This document shows positions 9,480-20,226 of a DNA stretch of 64,000 nt, one piece after another. Every line of letters begins with the position of its first letter. The stretch's first letter is position 1. Source of the DNA: Halocafeteria seosinensis (Eukaryota); NCBI GenBank assembly GCA_001687465.1, contig LVLI01000549.1, positions 1 to 64,000 on the forward strand, written 5' to 3'. The translations under genes were made by a program, and so were the position numbers. The notes under the pieces are model-generated. The model saw only the letters and a program-made list of their open reading frames with translations. It ran no database searches and was not told the DNA's origin.

Positions 9480-9730
9480 AAATTTACCATTGGAAAGTGT
9501 GTAAGTAATTTAGATGCAATATTGCAAACTTAGAGAAGTGTAAATGACAAGTACAGGTTGAAAGTTGACAACGTTCTGAAATTTCCCATTGTCATTTGTG
9601 TAAGGTATTTAGATGGGAAATTGCTAACTTATTGAAGTGTTAAATACAGGTTCAGCCACTGTGAATTAAACAGAAGTTATACACTGCAGTTTTTAAAAAT
9701 AAATTACCATTCGAAAGCCTGTAATTTATT
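9480..9730. repeat. degenerate ~100-bp repeats
   Basis: AATT..CCATT...GTAA blocks near 9480, 9580 and 9701; GTAAG..ATTTAGATG..A.ATTGC.AACTTA..GAAGTGT at ~9501 and ~9600. Confidence 0.6.
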
Positions 9731-9779
9731 TTTACCTCATGATGTACACTTTTACTTTTGCACATGTCACGTTTCGGTT

Positions 9780-10013
9780 GCTTCTTGACAACGTTCTGGT
9801 TTTTAGCATTGACAAGTGTTTACCATAAAAATCCCCATCCAGAAGCCTGACACCGAAATTTGTGACAAGGTCTTGAATAGGTGACTAGCATTTTAGAACT
9901 TCCTCGGGTGCTTCTTGACAACGTTCTGCTTTTTAGCGTTGTCAAGCGTTTACCATAAAAATCCCCATCCGGAAGCCTGGCACTGAAATTTGTGACAAGG
10001 TCTTGAATAGGTG
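9780..10013. repeat. 104-bp direct repeat, 130-bp period, next to the element terminus
   Basis: 9780-9883 and 9910-10013 are near-identical (GCTTCTTGACAACGTTCTG...GTCTTGAATAGGTG). Confidence 0.92.
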
Positions 10014-10030
10014 TGCCAGCCATAGACTTC

Positions 10031-10046
10031 CTACACTACTCCCGAG
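10031..10046 (-). other. element terminus (AGTAGT, ends at 10040) and candidate 6-bp target-site duplication CCCGAG (10041-10046)
   Basis: Plus strand CTACACTACT|CCCGAG. Kinase similarity to the three paralogs stops here. The TSD cannot be confirmed without the other end. Confidence 0.75.
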
Positions 10047-11264
10047 GTCAATCTATAGTCCGGATCAACACAAAGCATACGAGTAATTAAATTGATGAGA
10101 TCATTGCTCCAGGAAGAAGGCCAGGCGAATTCTACATTGTGACTACGGGCTGCTATAAACGCCTCGCGAATTTCCTCTATGCCCCCCATTTCAGTTGCTC
10201 CATACCGGTTGTTGATGGAAACAATTTCTTGAACCAGTCGTATCATGTCATCTTCCTGGTTAGTAGTTTGCAGAAAAGCCACGAAGTACGCGTCACCAAG
10301 GCTCGCTTTATGAAACGGAAGTGTACCGGACAACATTGCAAAGAGCACCATCCCCAAGCTCCACGTATCCGCATCAAACGCGTCCCACATATATTGTGGT
10401 GCCACTTCGCAACCCCCTGGTCGATATTGAGTGAATATTTCCGGAGCCACATACTGGTCAGTCCCAGCAATACAGTTTGTCAAGGCTCTTTCACTACCAA
10501 CTGCTGTAATAGTCGATGCCCCCCAGTCCGCTACACGAACATCGCCAGTGGCTGCAAACAGAATATTTCCAGGTTTCAGGTCTCCATGAGCCACTCCTCG
10601 ACTGTGTGCAAACGCAACCACTGCGCATTTCATATTCAGTTTCGTTCTTAAACAACGTAAGATAATAGTTCCTCACAACACTTACCTTCCAAAATTTGCA
10701 TCATGCATTTCTGAGTATACCCCTCGCTGAACTTTCCGCCGTGTCTGAGTGCAGTAAGCAAGTCTCCCCGGCATAATTCCATCGGCAGAGCTATCTGACA
10801 TCCATGCAGCTTCTCTACCTGCTGCTTGGATAACCTTGAGAAGTCACAACGACCGAACGGTTGAAATGGATGCCCCACCCTCAGAATGTAGCGACATCGT
10901 GACCCCAAACGCTCGTACTGCGACCGGTCCATGGTCACAATTACACTGTGCAGAGTATCATGATTCGAGTACTAGCCTTACTGCCTTCAGCTCTCCAATA
11001 TCTGCTGTCCCATTCGTCCTGCGCAGGAAAATCTTTACCGCGAATTCCACTTGGGGATATTCAGAAGATTCCGCAACGAATACGGAGCCTTGGGATCCTC
11101 CTCCAAGTTGTCGCTGCGACGTAGTAATGAATGCAGTCAGTTTCAAAGCACTAAAAGCCAAGAAATGGGCAGTGCAATGCACCTTTAAACGGTAAAGTTC
11201 TTACCTTGAGTACGATCGACGCGGACGGTGACTCAGTGTTCTCACAAACCTCGACGTCACTCAT
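10041..11264 (-). pseudogene. Ser/Thr protein kinase paralog 1, 3'-truncated by the element (start approximate, three introns)
   Basis: LGGGSQGSVF, FAVKIF, HGDLKPGN, DWG, GTDQYVAPE and DTWSLG. It ends RMLCVDPDYRLTS-GVV* and lacks the HPW and C-tail of its paralogs. Confidence 0.85.
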
Positions 11265-11897
11265 TACTCCGGAGTGTAGGCTATCAGATGCAAGACCCCT
11301 TGTATAGTTCGAGTATGGGCTGGCACGAGCTAGGTAGACCCTTTTTCAGAGCACAGGCTGTCGGGGATGGGGGTGAGAAAAACGCAATCGAATCGACCTT
11401 TTGGCCACGTCAGCCGGCAATACTTCAAGTTGGGATGTTCGCATCCTGTTACAGATAGGCGCACAAAACGCCCGCGTAGTAAGGCAAAATTCAAGTAAGC
11501 CGTCTTGACAATTCTTAGGCAATACCCAACTCTGAGAAACATATTGTTTTTGGCGAACTTGCAACCATCGATCCTTGTGTTCTGCACTGTGGGTGAGTCA
11601 ACTTGCGACGTCGAGACTCCCGGAGTTGCTCCGGAGCGCCTCTTGAATTGGTCGAATTGAGGCCGGCTTCTCAATAACTGATAACGTGTTTCCATAAATT
11701 TGGGATTGCGTGCGCTTCAGAGAATAATTGCTGTTCAGTAATTATTAATAAGCGGAGAAACCCATGCATAAACGTAGGTGTGCAACAGTCCAACCCAACG
11801 CAACATGAACAAAATGCCGCGAGGTTGGTGCTGCTTACTTATAGATGCGCAGCAACAAGCTACCTGTCTGACTATCTTACATCGTCTACAGCTAGAC

Positions 11898-13557
11898 TTA
11901 GCTTCTACTTTTCGCGAAACACCGGAAGGGAAACGCACTCCGCAAAGAGTTCCAGCACCCCTTGCTGCGTTGGGGCCCCGGTGGCAGATGGGCTGATTGT
12001 TCTCGTTCCACAGTATCTGTGAGTTGAGCGAATTGATCCAGCGAGACGGCGAAGGTATAGCACCAATTTCCACTGCATTCTTTAATAGTAACCGGGGCTC
12101 CACTCGGACAATGTCGTGGGACGTCGACCAAAGGAAACGTTTTTGACTTCCGCCAACCGCTCCGGTCACGTACATTAATGTGGAGATTACTCAGGCTCTC
12201 ACATTCACGGGTTACTTTACACGTTGGACATTGGACGCTCGGCAGCGCCAATTTGAGCTCAACCAAGGCATAGCTTTGAATGGAATCTACGGACAGTGTC
12301 GGCGACTCGCAGCCTTTTTCAATGTGTCGTGCGAACCACGGATGACTGCGCACGTCATCAATCCCTATCCTCTGGGCAGGATTAACGGTGAGCATTTGTC
12401 TAACCAAGTCAATGACATCTCGGCTCCACGAGGACGGCCAGACAAAGGAGACATTGAAGCTTCGAGCTCTTATGTACCCGTCTCGAATTTCTGCTAGATT
12501 GACTAATCCTGTACAACCATGTTGAGAATTCGATACAGCAATTTCATGGACCAACCCAATCATGCTTTCTTCCTGTTTTGTAGTGCGTAGAAACGCAACA
12601 AAGTATGGGTCGGAAAGACTAGCCTTGTGAAACGGGAGAGTACCAGAGAGCATCGCAAAGAGGATGACTCCTAGACTCCAAGTATCAGCGTCGAAGGCAT
12701 CCCACGCATATGCCGGCAGAGCTTCCGCTGCTCCAGGATTATACTGCGTAAGAACCTCTGGAGCTACATATTGATCAGTTCCTGTAATGTGGGTTGTTAG
12801 AGCTTGCTCACTACCAACCGCAGTAATAGTAGCTGCCCCCCAGTCGGCAACTCGCAAGGTGCCTTCTGTAGTGTACAAGATATTCCCAGGTTTCAAGTCT
12901 CCATGAGCCACTCCTTGGGCATGCGCAAATGAGATAGCTGCACATTTTCAGGGATGGGCTAATAACAAACCAATCACTTTTCGTAGACGACGTTGTACTA
13001 ATTTGCTTACCATTCAGCATCCCTTGCATTTGCTTCCGACTAACCTCCTCATCGAATCTCCCCGTTTTCTTGAGAGTATCAAGCAAGGTCCTGCAGCAGA
13101 GTTCCATTGGAAGGATAATATGATCTTCTTGAAGTTTCTCGGCTTGATGGATAGGAAGCTTTGAAAAATCGCAGTGACCTTTCGCCCGAAACGGACTCCC
13201 TACCCTGAGGACGCTACTACAATGCGAGCCCAGACGGCGATACTGCAGAGGCGCTAGAACGGATAGACCAGTATCTGAGGGACTATCTCATAGACAGCAC
13301 CATATACATACGGCTTGAACTTCTACAATGTCATCAATGCATTGATTGGTGCGCAGGAAGACTTTGGCTGCAAATTGAAGGTCGGGATATTCTGTGCAAC
13401 CTGCCAAGAATACACAACCTTGCGACCCAGATCCCAATTGTCGCTGCGAAAGCATGAAAGGATGAAATATGTCAGCCTTAGGAACTGCCTAACGAATCTT
13501 GCTGCTAGCACTTTCTCTGACCTTCAATACCACTGACTGAGGTTGCAGGCTTTCCAT
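11898..13557 (-). CDS. Ser/Thr protein kinase paralog 2 (multi-exon, start approximate)
   Basis: QLGSGSQGCVF, FAAKVF, MELC, HGDLKPGN, DWG, APE and HPWF; intron positions match the other copies. Confidence 0.85.
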
Positions 13558-14129
13558 TACTTCCACGTCATTCTTGAAGCTCAACTACACTGTATGGTTC
13601 TCACGGCCATTAGATCATCCGTGCATTCTGTTAGCTCATCTGAGGCACTTATGCAAGAATGTAGAACCGAACGAGCCGAACTAGCTTTAGAGTCTATAGT
13701 TCACATTCGCATTCATCGAGGCTGTTCTACCAAAGTTGGCTGTTCTCGGCTCGGATCTCGCTACTGCAAGCCTAGATAGTGCTGGTTCGCGCCTGGGAGA
13801 ACGGAACTTGTTGAATGAGAGAAGTGCGACGGGATACCTTATATTGTCAGTCTTACACGCGCTGTCTGCAATGACAATCACAAACGACCAGTAAGTAGTG
13901 TTCAGAACCCTGCGCTATCGCCCGTGACCTTCAGAACAGAGATTACGGAAACTCCGCCCGAATGTACGCACAGAAGCCCTCTGGCAGTTCGGATCTGAGC
14001 TCCTTCATGTAATATACACTTCCCGCATGCCCCGCCGATGAGCTTAGCATGAGAACCCAAGGCGAATCAATGTTGCCATGTGTCCTGTACTCCGCCGGAG
14101 CGTAGCAATTAATTTCTGCTTTTGGAGTA

Positions 14130-15804
14130 TCAGCAACCGCACAACAACGGAAACGAGAGCTTTTCCTTTAGCGTTTTCCAGCACCCACTTTTTGTTTTTG
14201 CTGTATCCCTGTCAGTAGTCTGACACCGGATGTCTGCCGGACCCCCTGTTGAACCACCAGCGAACTCCGAATAGCTGGAGTACCAATCTCTATACCTTGC
14301 ACAACTAAATTGTCGAATACCGGTAGTTTGGCGCCTCTTTGAAATGTTGGCCAAAGGGAAGGTCTTAGAAAGGATTGGTAGAGTGCTCTTCGCCCGTTCA
14401 ACCCCGACCGCTCCGCGTTTGCCAAGATTACTTTTGGCATGTCGATGCAGGTCATGTTCCTCTTGATCTTCATTTCGAGCAAGTTTGAGCTCAGCTAGAG
14501 TGACGCCTCGTACGGGTAAACTTGAAGACTGGAAAAACTCCGGAACATTCTTGATGTAACCATGGTGACCAGTTAGCCAGGGATGCTGACGGATACCCCA
14601 AACGGTTATTCTGTAAGCTGGGTCCACTGTCAGCATTTGGCGTATCAAATCGACAGCATTGCGACTCCATGAAGAGGGCCACGTGAATTTAATATTATAG
14701 CCAAGAGCTTTGCTGTACGCTCTTCGGAGTTCTTCCAAATCGACCAATCCGCTTCCTCCACAGTGCTCGTTTGCCCAGGCAATTTCATTCACAAGGTCAA
14801 ACATACTCTCCTCTTGTTGTGTAGCCTGGAGGAACGCTACATAATGAGGATCCTCCAGACTAGCCTTGTGGAATGGCAGTGTGCCCTGCAGCATGGCGAA
14901 GAGCAAGATCCCCAAACTCCACGTGTCGGCATCAAAAGCATCCCATTCATACTGAGGGACGAAGCTCGTTGCTCCGCGTTTGTACTGAGTGAATATTTCC
15001 GGTGCCACATACTGGTCCGTTCCTGCAATCATAGCTGTTAGAGCTTGTTCGTCCCCCACCTCTGTAATAGTTGCAGCTCCCCAGTCGCTCAGGCGTATGG
15101 ACCCGTCCGCAGCAAAGAGAACGTTTCCCGGTTTTATGTCACCGTGGGATACTCCTTTACTGTGGGCGTATGAAATGCCTGCAACAGGTAGTTTCGTTTC
15201 TAATGTCTCTCTCCCTTTCTCTCTCTGTAGTCCCTAAAGAGATAGAAACCAAACATACCTTCCAAAATGCTTTGCATGCACCTTCGACTGGAATTTTCGC
15301 TAAACCCTCCTGTTTTCCGTATTGTCCCGAGTAAGTCTTCTTTACAGAGTTCCATAGGAAGTGCTATTTCGTGCCCTTTTAGTTTCCTCTTTTGCTGCTC
15401 TGGCAACGCTGAGAAATCACATCTACTGCCTGCCACAAATGGGAGCCCTACCTTTAAGATATGGGAGCATTGCAAGCCGAGGCGAGAGTACTGCAGCTCA
15501 TTGTCAATTTAAAGGCTGCAAGTGTAGTAGTACCCTGTTCGATGTGCATCGACAAATGCACTTACAGCTTGTAGTTCCCGTATGTCCGAGACTGAATCCT
15601 CGTTGAATACGTATAGTTTTACCGCAAATTCGAAGTCTGGGTGGTTCTTCGCGGCCGCCAAGAATACGCAGCCTTCTGAACCGCCTCCGAGTTGGTGCTG
15701 TACTAGTCCCAAAAGTTCGTTCAGTTCCACAATTGCGCTCACGAGAAATCGCTTACCTTTATCACGATGGTGTTTGACGATGTGCTGTCCCTTGAGCCAC
15801 TCAT
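14130..15804 (-). CDS. Ser/Thr protein kinase paralog 3 (multi-exon, start approximate)
   Basis: QLGGGSEGCVF, FAVKLY, LPMELC, HGDIKPGN, DWG, APE and HPWL. Confidence 0.85.
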
Positions 15805-16470
15805 CCCAGCAGGAAGTTGTCAAACTGAGACTCTCCCACGATCTGATTAGCCTCTACGCGTGTGCGTTCACTTAATTTCAATGTTTGACTGCTTTCTCAG
15901 AATACGGCTTGGAAGACACCCATCAGCTGCTGTACTTGGAATACCCTACAGTGCAGTGTACTACCTTAAATGCCAGGGTACTGCCTCTGCATACGTATGT
16001 ACATCGCAAGATCGAGCTAGCATGGACTTCGTCGGGTCCAACGAATTTGTCAACAGTACCAATCCAACTGCGCTGTTTTGCTATGCAGTGTTCTCTCTCT
16101 ATGAGACTCTCTGCATCATGTTTTGTGGGCCGGAACACAAAACTCCGAGACCGAGACTCAGAGTCCACACGAGTATTACTATCGTAATTACGACCTGTTT
16201 GGAGTGTTCTCAGTTATGTATTTCGCGTATTGTGTATGAGCAGTTCCCTACGTTTAAGAGCATGTCCGACAACGTGCCGTAGATGCGTGTTCGACCCTGA
16301 ATTTCGTGGTGAATTCCGCGGTGTGTGGTGCGACAAACATGTACATCTACCGGTAGGTACACTGAGCACTGAGGAACAATTATTGCAAAGACGTTGTTGG
16401 AATGATTGCCATTGGTAAAAATTGGAACTCGTACAATGCGCTGGCGTGTGACATTTTCGTGTGGAACTAG

Positions 16471-18248
16471 CTAAATTGTACGGCAACACTTGGATGAAAA
16501 CAGCCGTAGCAGGAAAGAGCAACACCCTGTGCCATTTGTAGATGTTTGTTTGGCTTGCGTTGGTCGCCGCGACTGTTCGGTCAGTACATCTTCGTAGTCT
16601 TCGATATACTGTCTGCTAAAGTTGAAGGGGAAGCTATTCGTTGCAATATCGCCCGGGTTAACACTGCTACTACGACTTGGTGACGAGAAGGGAAGTGTCC
16701 TATTTCGAGAAGGGCAAATGTCCAAGGATGAAGATTGATGTCTAGCACTAGGCATAGAAATAGCTTCCACCGCACTGCTCTTACAGCTGTCTGCAATACT
16801 GGTTCGCATGTATCCCATCAACAATTTCAGCTCAGCCAAGAATCTAGGGTTGTTAGGGCCCGTGGGCGCTCCAGTAACATTTTCAGTACTGAAGGTCCTG
16901 AAAAACCAAGGATGAGCGTAGACCTGCTCCGTACTGATTCGATCGTCAGAATCTACCTTAAGCATTCGCTCAATCAAGTCCTTAAGTTCTCGGCTAAACC
17001 AGCTTGGCCACTTAAAGTCTACTTGACGTCGTTGGGCAACAGCATATCGTTTTCGGTGTTCTGTTAAGTCGATCAGAGCACGTCGGCCTGCTTGATAGTT
17101 CGTCTCAACGATGCTATGAACCAATCGAGACATACTGTCTTCCTGTTCAGTTGCTTCAAGGAAACCCAGAAAATACGGATCTTCAGTACTGGCTTTATGG
17201 AAGGGTATTGTACCGGTCATCATTGCAAACGCTAAGACGCCTAAACTCCATATGTCAGCAGCAAATGCATCCCACTCGTATTCAGCGGTATCATTCCCCA
17301 ATTGGGGGCTGTACTGCAGAAGGATTTCCGGTGCTGCGTACTGCTCTGTCCCAGCAACGCTATTAGTCAGTGCCTGTGAGGAACCTTGTGGAGCAATAGT
17401 TGCAGAGCCCCAGTCGCATACTCGGATATTATTGTCCATTGCGAAGAGAACATTTCCGGGTTTGATGTCTCCGTGTGCGACACCGCGATGGTGCGCATAT
17501 TTCACGGCTGAGCGATAGTTTACAGCTGCCACAATACCGGTAACAAAAACTAAAGGATCGAAAGAAGCTTACCTTCGACAATTTCCAGCATATAGTACTG
17601 CCCGTACGACTCCTCGAATTTTCCTTCAGTGCAAAGTTTATGGAGTATCTCTTCGCGGCAAAGTTCCATCGGCAGCGCAACCAGTTCTTGAGACCCGTCC
17701 CGTAGTGGCGATCGATCTTCCTCTGACATTTCTGAAAAGTCTAACTCTTGTAGCGAATTAAATGGGTTCCATACCTTAAGAACATACGGACAATCCCATT
17801 GCAGCCGATAGTACTGGAGTAAGACGTACAGGAAGCTCCAACAACTTTGGGAGTGGTACTGGGGACCGACAGGCCCTTGACACTTACGGCTCTGATTTCC
17901 GTCAAATCGTTTGGGTGACAGTCCTTTCGGAAAATCTTGACAGCGTACTCTTCTTCCGGCTTTCCTGGGATGTGGGCTAGAAACACATGGCCTTGAGATC
18001 CTCCTCCAATGCGACACTGCACCAGCAATATTCCGCAATCAACCATTTCTCACTTTGCACTCAAGCCGAAACGGCATTTCCCAGGTGAAATGAGCACAAT
18101 GTTTCAGCGAGTTATCGTGCAATACATGATTGGCTATTCTTACACGAAGTACCGCAGAATATCGATATTGGGGTTCCAATGCCATTTTCGCAAGCGGAGT
18201 ATTCACCGTCTCTTCGATATTAGGCGCTTCCTTTTCGCATTTGTACAC
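16471..18248 (-). CDS. Ser/Thr protein kinase paralog 4 (multi-exon, start approximate)
   Basis: IGGGSQGHVF, YAVKIF, LPMELC, HGDIKPGN, DWG, GTEQYAAPE and HPWF. Confidence 0.85.
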
Positions 18249-18689
18249 ATGTAATGCCTTCCGTTCTTTCGACTATGAGTTGAATGACTAGAGTAGTTCA
18301 TATCCAGCTAGGGATTGTAACCAGATATCCGAAATCTATTCGGATTTCTGCTGGTTTTGGGAAAGAGCAATATCCCGCGCAGAACAAAGGAAGATTCGGA
18401 CTGATAGTAGGGCTATCACACCATCTATTACCGTTCAACACACTAAACCTATTACCTACAGCAATATGGAACAGCATCACAAGAGACTAACAATGCTATG
18501 GAAACTACCGGTACTTGATGAGTTAGGACACCGCGTCGCCGACCTGACTCACACAGTTGAAGTTTGAAATCCCGGACCATCTATCTTGGATAGACGGCTG
18601 AGATTCCTTCCTTCCTCCACGCCCTTTGCTGATAGTATCTCAATGCCCCATGTAGATAGCCCACCGGCCGGGGAGTTGACCGCATCCTC

Positions 18690-19393
18690 TTAACGAGGAG
18701 CGGTATGCGCCCGTGTTAAGCAGCGACGGGCCCGCTGTTCCTGCATCCATAGAAGAGATTCGTGGTTCTGCCTCCAAAATGCAAGAGATGAAATGTCCTT
18801 GTTACTGAGGCCCTTCATGGAGTTTTTTGCAATCTTGAAATAAACAGTGACCTCTCGTCTTAATGCTGAGCTAAAGTCTAGAGTACCTTGAGCCACCGCC
18901 TCAATGTCAAAGTTTTCCGTCCCGTACAAGTGTAATAGCCCTTGGTTCCGCGGTGTCGACTTTTCTGGTTGTTTGCGGACCACTCATCACAGGCCACGGA
19001 AAGGCCGCGGACTGATTTAAGGCAATGCTTTGTCCTTTTGTCACTGTCAAATATGATAACAGTATCGAACGCCCCGAAGCTTATACATGTATTGTTTTCT
19101 ATCGTGAAATTAACACACGCCGCTCGAAAGGTATCCAAGATACGTGGTTTCTTCAATGAATTATGTGCTGGAACAGTGTATTTCCAAAGTGTACCACTGA
19201 GCTTTCCTGGCTTGAGTTCCCGTTTGAATTCTTCCTCCCCTTGAGCGTTAACTAAATGGCGATAAAGGTTACTTGAACTCCTTTCACACAATTTAAACTT
19301 GTGAGGGTACCGCTTGAAGGCCTTGCCTTTGCTTTCTAGATCGTTTTCCGCCGGTATGAGAAAACCACAACGCACTCTACCGTCGTCATCCAC
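18690..19393 (-). mobile_element. degenerate, internally deleted hAT-like transposase relic
   Basis: BED-finger-like SSSNLYRHL, first catalytic motif LSVACDEWS and, in another frame, dimerisation-domain-like REVTVYF...SLAFWRQN. Far too short for a full transposase; no TIRs identified. Confidence 0.55.
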
Positions 19394-20226
19394 TTGGTCG
19401 CGGGAGAAGAACTTCCATATATACTAAAGACGACTCTGGGAGCCTTGACTTCTTTGGTTACCGCAGCTCCGAACTCGCTTCTTGTCGATTTGGGCATTGT
19501 AGTGGCTTTGTTATGTGGTATTGTTCAAACATATGCTTGATTACTCGTCTTACGTACTTTGAAGCCACTATGTATTGCAGCATGTGACTCCGCAATAGCC
19601 GGAGGATTTTGGGTGGGCGAGTGCGGGTAAGGACAACCCGCGAGCTCGTGGCTGCGGTACAAGCATGTTGTTCATTTACAATCGTGAGACCTGGGGTAGA
19701 TTCATGACTTGGTTCCATGAAAACAAATTGCGACAAATTGTGACTTCTGCGGGGAATGAGGTACCAAGGGATGATGGCTGTGAACGAAGTGTTGTCTTTT
19801 GCAGTCTAGGTTTATTAGTTCTTTCGTGAACCACTCAGTTTGGATCAAATTCACAATTGCAGATGTGTATTTTCGCTCTTCCGCTGCAAGCCACCAGCAT
19901 AACCTTGCGTAACAGTACTGAAGTAGTCAGGCAGCTTCCAGCGGCGCAAGAATCCTGAAGCTCCATTGGGTAGTTTCGTGGAGACTGGTTAGCCCCTGCT
20001 GGGAAAATATCTGTTCCAATACACAAAACAATCGATCATACTTTTTATATCCCGTATCATGACCACAAGAATAATTCCGCTAGCTAACATAATCGATGAC
20101 TCGCTCTTGGAAACTCCACGTGATCGCGGTTTGGTGTAGTTGTCGATTGAACACTTCGGTATAGACTTCGATGTACGCTCCATCAAACCCAAGTGTGGCA
20201 GCTCTGAACCAGAACTATGAATCCCC

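Larger units (their letters stand above)
1..10040 (-). mobile_element. Polinton/Maverick-type element (endogenous DNA virus), one end only; continues beyond position 1
   Basis: Protein-primed PolB, rve integrase and GIY-YIG nuclease all lie on the minus strand. The core is strongly AT-rich and intronless, unlike the host DNA after 10040. There are subterminal repeat arrays, and the end reads 5'-AGTAGTGTAG on the minus strand exactly where a host kinase ORF is cut. Capsid, packaging ATPase and protease genes are not in the window. Confidence 0.93.

Noticed and set aside
9277..9504. 75-aa ORF with repeated ELTxVFNKGTSAE
   Set aside because: A by-product of the 54-bp repeat period (a multiple of 3); no other support for coding.
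9331..10013. Repeat arrays as a CRISPR array
   Set aside because: Only two to three long units, no unique spacers of constant length, no cas genes and a eukaryotic context.
1..10040. Calling the element a virophage, a giant-virus fragment or contamination
   Set aside because: No capsid or NCLDV core genes are visible to classify it further. PolB and integrase are Polinton-type, and the junction has a proper terminus inside a host gene.
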